Assembly: GCA_963733035.1 (NCBI GenBank) | Contig: CAVTBU010000005.1 | Location: forward strand, 640,001 to 704,000 | DNA from: Pirellulales bacterium | GTDB taxonomy: Bacteria; Planctomycetota; Planctomycetia; Pirellulales; PALSA-1355 | Direction: 5' to 3' | DNA: 64,000 nt | In this document: positions 38,306-49,129 of the stretch, one piece after another | How the letters are laid out: each line of letters begins with the position of its first letter | Position numbering within the stretch: the first letter of the stretch is position 1 | Translations under genes and position numbers: made by a program | Notes under the pieces: model-generated | What the model saw: only the letters and a program-made list of their open reading frames with translations | What the model was told of the DNA's origin: nothing | Databases searched by the model: none

Positions 38306-41300
38306 ATGCTGCGAACGTACTCCAATTGTGCTCTTGCCTGTTTGCTTGCGCTGGGCGTCCTTTCGAGCTCCGGCCTGGCGGCCGACAATCAGTTCGACCC
38401 CGCGGCGGTCGAGTTCTTCGAGAAGCAGGTTCGTCCGATTCTGGTGGCGCGTTGCCACGAATGCCATGTCGGCGCCGAGGCCAAGGGAAGTTTGCGGCTC
38501 GACTCGCGCGCGGCAATCGTTACCGGTGGAGACACGGGGCCGGCCATCGTCGCCGGCAAACCCGACGAAAGCCTGCTGGTCGACGCCGTGCGTTATGGCG
38601 ACATCTATCAGATGCCACCCACATCGCAGCTTCCGACCGAGGAAATCAAAACCCTGGAAGCCTGGGTCAAGCTCGGAGCCCCATGGGGCTCCGAGACGGC
38701 CGAAGCGGTCGTGGCGTCGGCGAAAGAGTTCGATCTTGCCGCTCGATCGAATCACTGGAGCCTGCAGGCAATTGGCAATCCCAAGCCCCCAACGGTCAAG
38801 AACACAAGCTGGGTGAAAACGCCCGTCGACCGTTTTCTGTTGGCCAAGCTAGAAGCGGCCGGGATGAATCCGGCGCCGGCGGCCGACCGCCGAGCGCTAC
38901 TACGGAGAGTGACGTACGACCTGACGGGTTTGCCGCCGACCGCGGCCGAAATCGAGGCGTTCGTGGCGGACGCGTCACGCGGCGCCTACGAAAAGGTCGT
39001 CAATCGCTTGCTGGCGTCGCCACGTTACGGCGAGCGTTGGGCTCGGCATTGGCTCGACCTGGTCCGCTTCGCGGAAACGCAAGGACACGAATTCGACTTT
39101 GAAATCCCTGGTGCCTATCGCTACCGCGACTACGTTATCCGCGCGTTGAATGCCGATTTGCCGTACGATCAGTTCGTCGTCGAGCACGTTGCCGGCGACC
39201 TGCTTCCCCAGCCGCGACGCAATCCGCGCGACGGCTCGAATGAATCGGTGATCGCCACCGGCTGGTATTTCTTCGGGGAGGCCGTACATTCGCCGGTCGA
39301 TGTTCGCGCCGACGAGGCGACGCGGATGGACAACCAGATCGACGTGTTTGCCAAGACGTTTCTCGGCCTGACGGTGAGCTGTGCGCGCTGCCACGATCAC
39401 AAGTTCGATGCCATCTCGACAAAAGACTACTACGCGCTGGCCGGGTACCTGCAAAGCTCGCGCTATCAACAGGCGTATATCGATCGAACCGAGACCCTGC
39501 AATCCACCATCGAACAGTTGCGGGCTATTCAGGCGGAACGTCGCGACGCGATCGTGGCGTTCATTCGCAACACTATTTTCCCCCGCCTGGCCGAGATGGC
39601 CAACACGCTGGTTCATGCAGACTCGGAAACATTCGACAAGGAGGATCACACCCAGAAGTACGATTTGTTTTATCCCTGGGTTGAGGTGTCCAAGTCTGGC
39701 ACGGAAGCTTCGGCCGACGACTTCTCTCGACAGCGATTGGAACTGTTGGCGTCACTTTCGGCTGTAGGCGGCGAAAAGTCGGCCGCCGGTCAGCCGCTGG
39801 ATTTTGGCGGCCAAGGGTTTAACGCCTGGACGGCCACGGGCTGGGCATTTGCCGATGGTCCGGCGCTGCCCTTGGAATGGGCATCTGCCGCCACGCAGGG
39901 CCGTTTTCCGGGCCAGCTGCTCGCGGCGCCAACGGCACATAGCGGACGGCTCTCGCCGAAGCTGCGCGGTGTGCTTCATTCGCCGACATTTGAGATCACC
40001 GGCCCCAAACTCTGGTACCGCCTGCACGGCGACGGCGGTCGCGTGCGGCTGATCATTGACGGATTTCAACTGATCCGCAATCCGATTTACGGCGGTTTGG
40101 AATTTCCGCCTGGTGGAACCGAGCCGCATTGGCATCAGCAGGACCTGAGCAAATGGGTGGGACACCGCGCTTACATCGAGTTGGTGGATGACGGTGACGG
40201 ATATTTGGCGCTCGAGCAAGTTAGGTTCGCCGAACATCAGCCGCAAGCCATGGCGCCGAATCAGCTGATCCTCAAGATGCTTGACGATCGCTCGCTGATC
40301 TCCTCGCGACTGTTGGCCGCCAAATACCAGCTGATGTTCGAACAAGTCCTCGAAGATTGGCTGACCGAGAGTCCAACGGCTCCGGCCGAGGCGGCCGACC
40401 GAGCGGCCATTGTCGACTGGATTCTGAACCAACAACTTCTCGACCCGAAAGGGACGCAGGCCGAGGCGACTTCCTTTCATCAATCGCTGTCCGCGCTCGA
40501 CCAACGCCAACGGGAGCTCGAAGCCACGATTCAACCTCCACGCACGGCGCCGGCGATTGCCGATGGAACCAGCGAGAACGAGCATGTATTCATCAGGGGC
40601 AATCACAAGACGCTCGGGGCGGAGGTGCCGCGGCGATTTCTGGAAGTCCTCGGCGGCCGCGAACACGAGCCGCCCGCGAAGGGTAGCGGTCGATTGGAAC
40701 TTGCCCGGCAAATGGTTTCGCCCACCTCGTGTCCGCTGGTGCCGCGGGTAATTGTCAATCGGCTCTGGCATCATCATTTTGGCTCGGGACTCGTCCGTTC
40801 GCCGGACAATTTTGGCGCGATGGGCCAACCGCCGACGCATCCAGAATTGCTCGACTTCCTGGCGAGCGAACTCGTCGAACACGGTTGGTCGCTCAAGCAC
40901 GTGCATCGGCTGATGGTGCTTTCGAGCGCCTATCAAATGTCGAGCCACGTCGATCCGGTCACCGATGCGGCCGATCCGCAGAACAAGCTTTGGCATCGCA
41001 TGGCAGTACGGCGTCTGGAAGCCGAAAGTGTCCGGGACGCGCTGCTGGCCGTTTCCGGCAAGCTCGACCAGCGGATGTACGGGCCGGGCGTGATGCCGTA
41101 TTTGACAGAGTTCATGGTTGGCCGCGGACGGCCCAACCAATCGGGCCCGCTCGACGGCGACGGCCGGCGCAGTATTTACCTGAACGTCCGCCGCAACTTC
41201 CTCTCGCCCATGTTCCTGGCGTTCGACTATCCGACGCCGTTCACCACGATCGGCCGCCGTGGAACATCAAACGTTCCAGCGCAGGCGCTGACCATGATGA

Positions 41301-41533
41301 ACAACCCACTGGTGATCGAGCAGGCCGGCCACTGGGCGGATCGCGTGCTTGCCATGCCGGCCCGTTCGCCTGAAGAGCGGATTGGGCGCATGTATCTGAC
41401 GGCATTTGGCCGCCCGCCGGAAGATTCGGAATTGCAGGCCGGCCTGGAGTTTGTGCAGCCAAATGATCGACAGGCGTGGGCGGACCTGGCGCACGTGTTG
41501 TTCAACGTCAAAGAGTTCATCTACATCCCCTAG
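38306..41533 (+). CDS. Planctomycete cytochrome c / DUF1549 / DUF1553 protein with a central beta-sandwich insert
   Basis: FFEKQVRPIL..CHECH, YGERWARHWLD, CARCHDHKFD, HPELLDFLA, PAQALTMMN. Confidence 0.93.
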   Translation: MLRTYSNCALACLLALGVLSSSGLAADNQFDPAAVEFFEKQVRPILVARCHECHVGAEAKGSLRLDSRAAIVTGGDTGPAIVAGKPDESLLVDAVRYGDIYQMPPTSQLPTEEIKTLEAWVKLGAPWGSETAEAVVASAKEFDLAARSNHWSLQAIGNPKPPTVKNTSWVKTPVDRFLLAKLEAAGMNPAPAADRRALLRRVTYDLTGLPPTAAEIEAFVADASRGAYEKVVNRLLASPRYGERWARHWLDLVRFAETQGHEFDFEIPGAYRYRDYVIRALNADLPYDQFVVEHVAGDLLPQPRRNPRDGSNESVIATGWYFFGEAVHSPVDVRADEATRMDNQIDVFAKTFLGLTVSCARCHDHKFDAISTKDYYALAGYLQSSRYQQAYIDRTETLQSTIEQLRAIQAERRDAIVAFIRNTIFPRLAEMANTLVHADSETFDKEDHTQKYDLFYPWVEVSKSGTEASADDFSRQRLELLASLSAVGGEKSAAGQPLDFGGQGFNAWTATGWAFADGPALPLEWASAATQGRFPGQLLAAPTAHSGRLSPKLRGVLHSPTFEITGPKLWYRLHGDGGRVRLIIDGFQLIRNPIYGGLEFPPGGTEPHWHQQDLSKWVGHRAYIELVDDGDGYLALEQVRFAEHQPQAMAPNQLILKMLDDRSLISSRLLAAKYQLMFEQVLEDWLTESPTAPAEAADRAAIVDWILNQQLLDPKGTQAEATSFHQSLSALDQRQRELEATIQPPRTAPAIADGTSENEHVFIRGNHKTLGAEVPRRFLEVLGGREHEPPAKGSGRLELARQMVSPTSCPLVPRVIVNRLWHHHFGSGLVRSPDNFGAMGQPPTHPELLDFLASELVEHGWSLKHVHRLMVLSSAYQMSSHVDPVTDAADPQNKLWHRMAVRRLEAESVRDALLAVSGKLDQRMYGPGVMPYLTEFMVGRGRPNQSGPLDGDGRRSIYLNVRRNFLSPMFLAFDYPTPFTTIGRRGTSNVPAQALTMMNNPLVIEQAGHWADRVLAMPARSPEERIGRMYLTAFGRPPEDSELQAGLEFVQPNDRQAWADLAHVLFNVKEFIYIP

Positions 41534-41548
41534 CCACGAGCGGATTTC

Positions 41549-42974
41549 ATGCACTGCGGTCGATTCACCAGCGCGCCAATATCCCGCCGCGAGATGCTTG
41601 CGCGCGCGGCGAGCGGGTTTGGCGCGGTGGCGTTGGCCGCCCTGGCCCAGCAGCCGGCGTTTGGTGCGATTGCGTCCGACCGGCGTACGAATCCGCTGGC
41701 TCCCCAGGCCACGCATTTTGCCGCGCGCCAAGAACGTGATTTTTTTGTTCATGGACGGCGGCGTTTCGCAGGTCGACACGTTTGATCCCAAGCCGCGGCT
41801 CGATCGCGAGAACGGACAAGCAATTCAGGCCAAGGTGCAGCCCACGCAGTTCGACAATGTCGGCAAGGTGCTGGGCAGCCCCTGGAAGTTCAAGCAATAC
41901 GGCCAGAGCGGCATTCCGGTGAGCGACCTGTTTCCTCACGTCGCCACGTGCATCGACGATTTGGCGATCGTGCGGTCGATGGTGTCCAACTTCTCAGAAC
42001 ACACCAGCGCCAACTACTTCATCCACACGGGCAACGGGCAGCAGGGACGTCCAAGCATGGGCTCCTGGGTCACCTATGGCCTGGGAAGCGAGTGTCAGAA
42101 TTTGCCAGGGTTCGTGGTGCTGAACAGCGGCATGATACCGCCGGGTGGTTGGGACTGCTTCGGCAGCGGTTTTCTGCCGGCGACCTACCAAGGGTCGTCG
42201 TTTCACAAGGGCCAACACCCGGTAGCCGACCTGGCCCGGCAAGAAACGAGCGACACCCAACAGCGCCGCAAGCTCGCCTTGATGCGCACGCTCGACCGCT
42301 CAAACCTCGCGCGCACGGGGCCGGACGACAAGCTCGAAAGCGCGATCGCCAACTACGAGCTCGCGTTCCGCATGCAGGCGGCCGTGCCCGAACTGATGGA
42401 TTTGGTCGATGAGACTCCCGCAACGCAGGCGCTCTACGGTCTCGATGATCCGGCCACCGAAGCCTACGGCCGGCAATGCCTGGTGGCGCGGCGGCTGGTG
42501 GAACGGGGTGTGCGATTCGTCGAGCTGCTGTGTCAAAACTTGGGTCACGACCGCTGGGACCAGCACAGTAATCTGAAGGAAGGTCATGCCGACAACGCCC
42601 GTGCGACGGACAAACCAATCGCCGGACTGCTCAAAGACTTGAAGCAACGCGGATTGCTCGACGAAACGCTGGTCGTTTGGGCGGGTGAATTCGGGCGTAC
42701 GCCGATGGCCCAGGGCACAAACGGCCGCGATCACAACCCCTTCGGATTCAGTATTTGGCTGGCCGGCGGCGGCATCAAAGGGGGCACCATCTACGGAGCG
42801 ACCGACGACTACGGCTACTACGCCATCGAAAACAAGACCGAGGTGCACGACTTGCATGCCACGATGCTGCACCTGCTGGGCATCGATCACACCCGGCTGA
42901 CGATGCGTTTTGGCGGCCGCGATATGCGGCTCACGGACGTGCACGGAAACGTCCTTCACGAAATTATCGGCTAG
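41549..42974 (+). CDS. DUF1501 domain protein, apparent frameshift at ~41726
   Basis: SRREML leader in ORF 41549..41785 joins AKNVIFLFMDGGVSQVDTFDPK...EFGRTP...HDLHAT. Confidence 0.9.
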
Positions 42975-42994
42975 CAACTGGCATTTAACTCGCA

Positions 42995-43783
42995 ATGGGA
43001 AACGGCAGCATGGCGGAAAACAAGTCGCAACTTGGAGTCGGATTCGGTAGACGTGTACTTCTGGCCGCGCTGTTACTCTCGGCGGCGTCTGTAATCGTGC
43101 ATGCCGATGAAGCGGAACCACTAAAAGTGTGCCTCGTCTCTGGTTCGCTGGAGTACAACTCGAATGAGTCCCTCGCGGCATTCCAAAAGTATCTTGAATC
43201 CCACTACAACGCCCGTTGTACGAGGGCGTTCATCGAGGACGAAGATGAAACGCGTCTACCGGGGCTCGAAAACCTGGATGATTGCGATGTCATGTTGCTC
43301 TTCACCCGCAGACTGAACCTCTCGGGCGATGACCTCCGGCGGATCAAGCAGTATTGTCAGTCAGGCAAGCCGCTGGTCGGTGTTCGAACCGCCAGTCATG
43401 CCATCCAAACTTGGCTCGACTTGGACCGAGAAGTGCTCGGCGGAAACTACAAAGGACACTATAAGAACGACCTGGCGACCAAAGTTTCGATTGTCGAGTC
43501 GGAAAAGGACAGTCCGGTGCTGGCTGGTGTCAAACCGTTCACTTCGGCGGGTAGCTTGTACAAAAATCAGGGCATTGCGGCCGACTGCAAAGTGCTGATG
43601 ACGGGCACTAGCCCCGAGTCGACCGAGCCGATTACCTGGACGCGAATGCACAACCGCGGCCGGGTGTTCTACACTTCGCTAGGCCACGTGCAAGACTTTC
43701 AGGAAGAGAGCTTCCGCCGTCTGCTGGCCAACGCACTCTTCTGGGCAGCCGGTCGGCAACCGCAAGCGCCGACGAGCCCCTGA
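42995..43783 (+). CDS. Secreted ThuA-like domain protein
   Basis: Signal peptide, GVRTASHA, VLGGNYKGH, GRVFYTSLGH. Confidence 0.85.
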   Translation: MGNGSMAENKSQLGVGFGRRVLLAALLLSAASVIVHADEAEPLKVCLVSGSLEYNSNESLAAFQKYLESHYNARCTRAFIEDEDETRLPGLENLDDCDVMLLFTRRLNLSGDDLRRIKQYCQSGKPLVGVRTASHAIQTWLDLDREVLGGNYKGHYKNDLATKVSIVESEKDSPVLAGVKPFTSAGSLYKNQGIAADCKVLMTGTSPESTEPITWTRMHNRGRVFYTSLGHVQDFQEESFRRLLANALFWAAGRQPQAPTSP

Positions 43784-43784
43784 C

Positions 43785-44489
43785 ATGTCGGCCCGCAGGA
43801 AGAATTTGAGGGTGAGTTGGTCTGCCCTCAACCGCTCGATTGTTGCTTGCGAACGCTGCCCGCGATTGCGCGACTATTGCCGGGAGATTGCGACGGAAAA
43901 GCGGGCCGCGTATCGCGATTGGGACTACTGGGGCCGACCGGTTCCAAATTTCGGGGATCCCAAAGCGCGGCTGCTGGTCGTGGGTCTGGCCCCGGCGGCA
44001 CATGGCGCGAATCGAACCGGGCGGATGTTTACCGGCGACCGCAGTGGCGAGTGGCTGTATCGGGCACTTTTCAAAGCCGGATTCGCCAACCAGGCGACGA
44101 GCAAAACTCGCGACGATGGACTGGAACTGTTCGATTGCGCCATCACGGCCGCTATCCACTGCGCGCCGCCATCGAATAAGCCGGCGCGGGAAGAACTCTT
44201 CAACTGCCAGTCATGGTTCGAGCAAACGCTTAGCACTACTCCGGCCGTCGTGTTGCTGGCACTCGGACAGATTGCCTGGAAAACCCTGGTGGACGAGCTG
44301 CGGCGTCGGCAGTGGTACGACGGCCGGGCACCCAAGTTCTCACATGGCGCACGCGTCGAGCTAGCGGGCCATCGCTGGCTTCTGGGTAGCTATCATCCTA
44401 GCCAGCAGAACACGTTCACCGGCGTACTTACCGAGCAGATGTTTGACGGAGTGTTTTCGGCGGCGCGAAAGCTGCTCGAACTTGCCTGA
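43785..44489 (+). CDS. udgB: Uracil-DNA glycosylase family 5 (Fe-S)
   Basis: CERCPRL, GLAPAAHGANRTGRMFTGDRSG, CAPPSNKP, YHPSQQNT. Confidence 0.92.
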   Translation: MSARRKNLRVSWSALNRSIVACERCPRLRDYCREIATEKRAAYRDWDYWGRPVPNFGDPKARLLVVGLAPAAHGANRTGRMFTGDRSGEWLYRALFKAGFANQATSKTRDDGLELFDCAITAAIHCAPPSNKPAREELFNCQSWFEQTLSTTPAVVLLALGQIAWKTLVDELRRRQWYDGRAPKFSHGARVELAGHRWLLGSYHPSQQNTFTGVLTEQMFDGVFSAARKLLELA

Positions 44490-44675
44490 ACGCGTGGTGC
44501 CGGCTGCGGGTAGGTTTTCGCGAACACGCCCTGTGGGGAAAAAGTCGGGATCGTCGCTGATCTTGACCGTCGTGGTGGGAATCCGCTATGGTCCCCGCCC
44601 GTCTCTGGGCAATTCACCGTGCGAGACGAACACCTCATCCACCGACTCGTTCGGTCTCTCCACAAGGAACCCGCC

Positions 44676-44939
44676 ATGAAGTGGCTCACCGTTTTATTGG
44701 GCGTTCTCGCCCTGACCAGCGCCAGTGGTTGTTGGCGCCCGTACTATGGCCGCAACTTCGCACAGCCGGCAGTGGCACAACCGACCTATGGGCCGCCCAC
44801 CTACGCGCAGCAGACATACCAACAACCGGTCGTGCAAACACAGCCGGCAGTCGTGGCACAACCGCAAGTCTTCCAGGCGGCGCCGGTAATGCAATGTCCC
44901 CCTTGCCAGCCGAATCCTTGCTGTGTTCCGTGCTATTGA
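44676..44939 (+). CDS. Small Gln/Pro-rich lipoprotein with a Cys-rich tail
   Basis: AAGGA RBS, lipobox SASGC, C-terminus CPPCQPNPCCVPCY. Confidence 0.7.
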   Translation: MKWLTVLLGVLALTSASGCWRPYYGRNFAQPAVAQPTYGPPTYAQQTYQQPVVQTQPAVVAQPQVFQAAPVMQCPPCQPNPCCVPCY

Positions 44940-44960
44940 TAGCCCCCTTCGAGGATGCAG

Positions 44961-45215
44961 CTAGCGCGTGAGCAGCGTGTCTTGCTCGTCCGACTGGTTT
45001 TCAAGGGTCTGGCCCGCCTGCTCCAGCGCCTGGCCGACTTTGTTCACCGCTTGCTTGCTCCTGGTTTTCAGGTCGCTGCCGGCTTGCCGCAGTTTTTGCC
45101 GGTCGATCGTGATTCGCACCTGACTGTCGCTGGACTCTACGCTGATTGAACGCGTCAGTACCCACGCTGTCCCGCCCAACACCGCCAACACAAACAACAA
45201 ACGCACGATTCTCAT
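44961..45215 (-). CDS. Small exported hypothetical protein
   Basis: GGGAGGGG RBS, N-terminal TM, helical tail. Confidence 0.6.
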   Translation of the reverse strand: MRIVRLLFVLAVLGGTAWVLTRSISVESSDSQVRITIDRQKLRQAGSDLKTRSKQAVNKVGQALEQAGQTLENQSDEQDTLLTR

Positions 45216-45431
45216 CGTCCCCTCCCTGACTGGCTGAAAGGCCACGGCCGTCCCTCTTTCGTCGCCATGGAAATGCTACGCGCGGCAGCCGCCTTGGGGC
45301 AATCGGCGCAGCGTCTGCTTCAAAAGCGGTACCGATTGCGCAAAGCTTGTGGTTCAAAGGCTGCCGGTGATAGAATCTGCGCAGGCGTTGTTAGACAATA
45401 CTTCTGGGTTTGCTATCACGGGACATTCGGC

Positions 45432-46253
45432 ATGCGTGAAGCGCGGCTGGTGATTGTTGGGGTCTGCATTTTCGTCATCGCGCCGTGGGTAACGCTCGTG
45501 GAGGGCGCCGAGCAACCGCCACTCGAGCAGGCGCACGCACACAACGACTACCTGCACCAGCGGCCGTTGCTCGACGCACTGGATCACGGTTTCCGGAGCG
45601 TCGAAGCCGACATCTTTCTGGTCGACGGAAAATTGCTGGTGGGGCACACGCGCCGCGAACTCAAGCCGGACCGCACGCTCGAAAAGCTCTATCTCGACCC
45701 GCTGCACAAGCGCGTAAAAGACCACGGCGGGTCCGTCTACGGCGACGGCAAGCCGTTTCATCTGCTCATCGACCTGAAGACGGCCGGCGAGCCAACCTAC
45801 GCGGCGCTCGATAAAGTGTTAGCCGAATACGCCGACATGTTGTCGGTGGTCGAGGACGGCAAATTCGAGCAGAAGGCGGTCAACGTGTCGATCTCCGGCG
45901 ACCGTCCAATCGCCACGATTTCGTCCGCTCGGGTGCGCTATGCCGGCATCGACGGTCGGCTTGGCGATCTGGACTCGGATTTGCCCGCGCACCTCCTGCC
46001 GCTGATCAGCGACAATTGGAACCTGAATTTTCGCTGGCGGGGCCAGGGGACGTTTCGCGATGAAGAACGGCAAAAGCTGCGCGACATCGTCGAGAAGGCC
46101 CACGATCATGGCAGGCAAATTCGTTTTTGGGCCTCACCCGACACCGTCGCCGCCTGGCGAGAATTGCAGGCCGCGGGCGTCGACATGATCAACACCGACG
46201 ATCTGGCCGGCCTGGAGGCGTTTCTCCGCGGTCAGACGGAAAACAAGAATTAG
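45432..46253 (+). CDS. Secreted PI-PLC/GDPD-like phosphodiesterase (Aim6-like)
   Basis: Signal peptide, AHAHNDY, SVEADI, LLIDLK, RFWASPD, INTDDL. Confidence 0.85.
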   Translation: MREARLVIVGVCIFVIAPWVTLVEGAEQPPLEQAHAHNDYLHQRPLLDALDHGFRSVEADIFLVDGKLLVGHTRRELKPDRTLEKLYLDPLHKRVKDHGGSVYGDGKPFHLLIDLKTAGEPTYAALDKVLAEYADMLSVVEDGKFEQKAVNVSISGDRPIATISSARVRYAGIDGRLGDLDSDLPAHLLPLISDNWNLNFRWRGQGTFRDEERQKLRDIVEKAHDHGRQIRFWASPDTVAAWRELQAAGVDMINTDDLAGLEAFLRGQTENKN

Positions 46254-46286
46254 TCACAAACCACGCAGTCGCAGGAGCCAAGTGCC

Positions 46287-47177
46287 ATGGTCGATCGACC
46301 GGCCGACGCAAATTCCGGTCCGCTGAAAGATCTCGAACAGTGGGATGACGACCTCCGTCGCCGGTATCCGGAAACAGACAATCCATTGGCGCCAAATTCC
46401 ACGAAGGCCAAAGAGCAGTTTCGCGATTACCGCGCGGAGGCCCGGCCCGAGGTCAAGGAGTTCTACCGCCTCAATCACTTGCACCAGACGGTCGACTTTG
46501 TCCGCGCCAAGCGCGCCGAGTATCTGCCGCTCGACAAGCGCGAGATGGGGCTCTGGGACGGATTGGAGTTTCTCAACACGCTGGTCGACGACAGCGACCC
46601 CGATACCAGTTTGCCGCAGATCGAACACCTGCTGCAAACCGCCGAAGCGATTCGCCGCGACGGCCATCCCCGCTGGTTTATCCTCACGGGCCTGATTCAC
46701 GACTTCGGCAAAGTGCTTTGCCTGTTTGGCGAACCGCAGTGGGCCGTGGTGGGTGATACGTTTCCTGTCGGCTGCGCGTACGCCGACGAAATCGTGTTTA
46801 GCGAGTACCTGGCCGAGAACCCCGACAGCCAGGTGCCCGAGTATCAGACTCCCTGCGGGATCTATGAGGAGGGTTGCGGGCTGGACAACGTGCTCATGTC
46901 GTGGGGGCACGATGAATACATGTACCACGTGGTGAAGGACTACCTGCCGAAGGAAGCCCTGTACATGATTCGGTACCACTCGTTCTACCCGGCGCATCGC
47001 GATGGCGCGTACGCCCAGCTGATGAATGCCGAGGACCGCAAGTACTTCAATGCCGTGAAGGCGTTCAACCCTTACGACCTCTATACCAAGGCCGCCGAAC
47101 GACCCAACGCCGAGAAATTGAGGCCGTACTACGAAGACCTCTGGAGCGAGTACTTCCCGCCAAAGTTGGCGTTTTAG
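46287..47177 (+). CDS. myo-Inositol oxygenase (MIOX family)
   Basis: [51 protein letters not shown]. Confidence 0.93.
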   Translation: MVDRPADANSGPLKDLEQWDDDLRRRYPETDNPLAPNSTKAKEQFRDYRAEARPEVKEFYRLNHLHQTVDFVRAKRAEYLPLDKREMGLWDGLEFLNTLVDDSDPDTSLPQIEHLLQTAEAIRRDGHPRWFILTGLIHDFGKVLCLFGEPQWAVVGDTFPVGCAYADEIVFSEYLAENPDSQVPEYQTPCGIYEEGCGLDNVLMSWGHDEYMYHVVKDYLPKEALYMIRYHSFYPAHRDGAYAQLMNAEDRKYFNAVKAFNPYDLYTKAAERPNAEKLRPYYEDLWSEYFPPKLAF

Positions 47178-47276
47178 GATCGAGTGGCAACAACATCGAT
47201 CGGCGGCAGCGAGTCCTCCCGAGGAGCGTCGACGAGCTTGCCGCCGACGCCCTCAGGCTGACTCTACCAGTTGTTT

Positions 47277-48791
47277 TTACCAGCGATACTCGATGCCCGC
47301 CGTGACGCCGTGAGCCCACCAGGTCGTGCTGTACGGCGCGAAGGCCGGGCTAGCCTGGCCGACGAGCGTGCCGCCGTTGATTTGCGTCGGATTGATCGTG
47401 GTATCGATGGCGCTGCCAGAGCGTTGTACGCGGTTGATGTAGAGGAACGTGTAACCGAGCGTTGCGCGGAGATTACACGTGACGTCCCATTTCAAGTTCG
47501 CGTTGGCCTCGGGAACGATGGCAAACACGTTGCGGCTGTATGAGCCGATGTTGGTCGGCTGTGTGAGCAGGCCGCCGGTGTAGTTGGTGGTCGTGCCGCC
47601 GCTGGTAATTGAGTTGGATCCGTTGATGTACATCAGCTGCTGGCAGTTTCCAAAGGCGCTCTTGGCGATCAGTTCGATACCCAGCCGTCCATGCTGCGAT
47701 TGGTACTTTACGCCGATTTCGCCGCCATTGAAGATGTTGCGGGCGCTGAAGATATCCTGGCTGGCGAACGTGGTTTCGGGGATGACGCCAGAGCTGGGAA
47801 TATACGTCGATTGATCGTTGATGGTCACGCTGTCGTCGATTCGCAAGAAGCGGTAGCCCAACAGCATGTCAAGTCGCCGCTGCATCGTGAAGTCGATCCA
47901 GACCAGCTTTCGCAACAGGGCGCCTGCGCTTTGCAAGTTGCTGGTCGTGCGAATGTTGACAAAGCCGTCGAGCGTGCCGACGCCCGTGCCGAGGACGTAA
48001 GGGTTGGGAAAGGCCACGATCGCCGAACTATTCGTGGGCGACGGAAAAATCGGGTTCACGTTGGTGAAGGGCCGGGCGATAATCATCGCGTCCGGATCGC
48101 CTGTGCTGAACATCGACAGCTTGCTGAAAGTCGTACCACCGGGCTGCAGCGTGAAGTAGTGACCTTCGACGCCGAGGAACTCGCCGTCCACCAGCCAGTA
48201 GCCCACCGTGACGCGGCCGCCGTTTCGCTGGTCGCTGTCCACGCGTCCGTTGCCAAACAACACTTCCGTGGTGGCACTGGGGGGCAACACGCCGGCTTGC
48301 GATTGGGGCGTGCCCAGCGGGCTGGTCGTGACCAGCGCCGGTAGCCAGTTGCCTTTCGTCCACATGGAGAGATACTCGACCGTGCCGTAGACGCGGCGGT
48401 GGGCGTGCACCTCGTTCCACATATCGCTGCACCAGAGCGGCGCGCACCAGCGACAGCCGTGATGCAGTCCTGGATCGTAGCCACCGCCATCGATCGCACA
48501 TTGTTCGCAGTCGCAACCGCCCTCGGCCATGCTTTGATCGATTTCGAACGGCTCGATTCCTAGTTCCTCGGGCGGCTGCACGGGGGCCGCGCCGTTGTCG
48601 TCAGGCGAGTCATCGTCGGAAACCCAGGTTCCCGTGACCGAATCCGGGGGCGTCAAGCTGGGCTGCGAAGCGTTCCGTGTGCCGACGCCCGCTTCCGCTC
48701 CAAAGGCAGCCAATGGCGGCTGCCCCCAGCAAATCATGGCGGAGCCAATCAACGTTGCGATGGCAATGGCTAGTCTGGCAACAAATCTCAC
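47277..48791 (-). CDS. BBP7 family outer-membrane beta-barrel protein
   Basis: EYLSMW..PALVTTSP, GGRVTVGYW, IARPF, GYRF, N.FNGG, GGLLTQPTNIG, terminal aromatic residue (GIEYRW). Confidence 0.85.
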   Translation of the reverse strand: MRFVARLAIAIATLIGSAMICWGQPPLAAFGAEAGVGTRNASQPSLTPPDSVTGTWVSDDDSPDDNGAAPVQPPEELGIEPFEIDQSMAEGGCDCEQCAIDGGGYDPGLHHGCRWCAPLWCSDMWNEVHAHRRVYGTVEYLSMWTKGNWLPALVTTSPLGTPQSQAGVLPPSATTEVLFGNGRVDSDQRNGGRVTVGYWLVDGEFLGVEGHYFTLQPGGTTFSKLSMFSTGDPDAMIIARPFTNVNPIFPSPTNSSAIVAFPNPYVLGTGVGTLDGFVNIRTTSNLQSAGALLRKLVWIDFTMQRRLDMLLGYRFLRIDDSVTINDQSTYIPSSGVIPETTFASQDIFSARNIFNGGEIGVKYQSQHGRLGIELIAKSAFGNCQQLMYINGSNSITSGGTTTNYTGGLLTQPTNIGSYSRNVFAIVPEANANLKWDVTCNLRATLGYTFLYINRVQRSGSAIDTTINPTQINGGTLVGQASPAFAPYSTTWWAHGVTAGIEYRW

Positions 48792-49129
48792 GGTGGTCCC
48801 CTTTGTCTACACCGATGGTTGCGCACGTCCAAGACGTAGCAGTCCGGCTATATGTATCGATTCGACCGATTGCGCCGATAATTCCAGGCAATTCGGAATA
48901 ATTGTGAACCATGGCGCAGTGCACGCCGGCACCTAATTCGCCACAGACTTCCCATCCTCGGCAGAACCGCGCTTCGTGGTGGTCGTGCGGCAGGAGATTC
49001 GTGAATCTTTAGCCAAACCCGTTTGGAAGGAGCGACGGAGTGCTGTAGATTGGGGGTTCCGGCACACGCAGTGCCAGCATTTTTACGCCTGCAGGCTTGG
49101 CAAGTACCACACAGCAAGGGGAGTCATCC

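Noticed and set aside
44676..44939. RiPP precursor
   Set aside because: It has a lipoprotein signal and no modifying enzymes or transporter nearby
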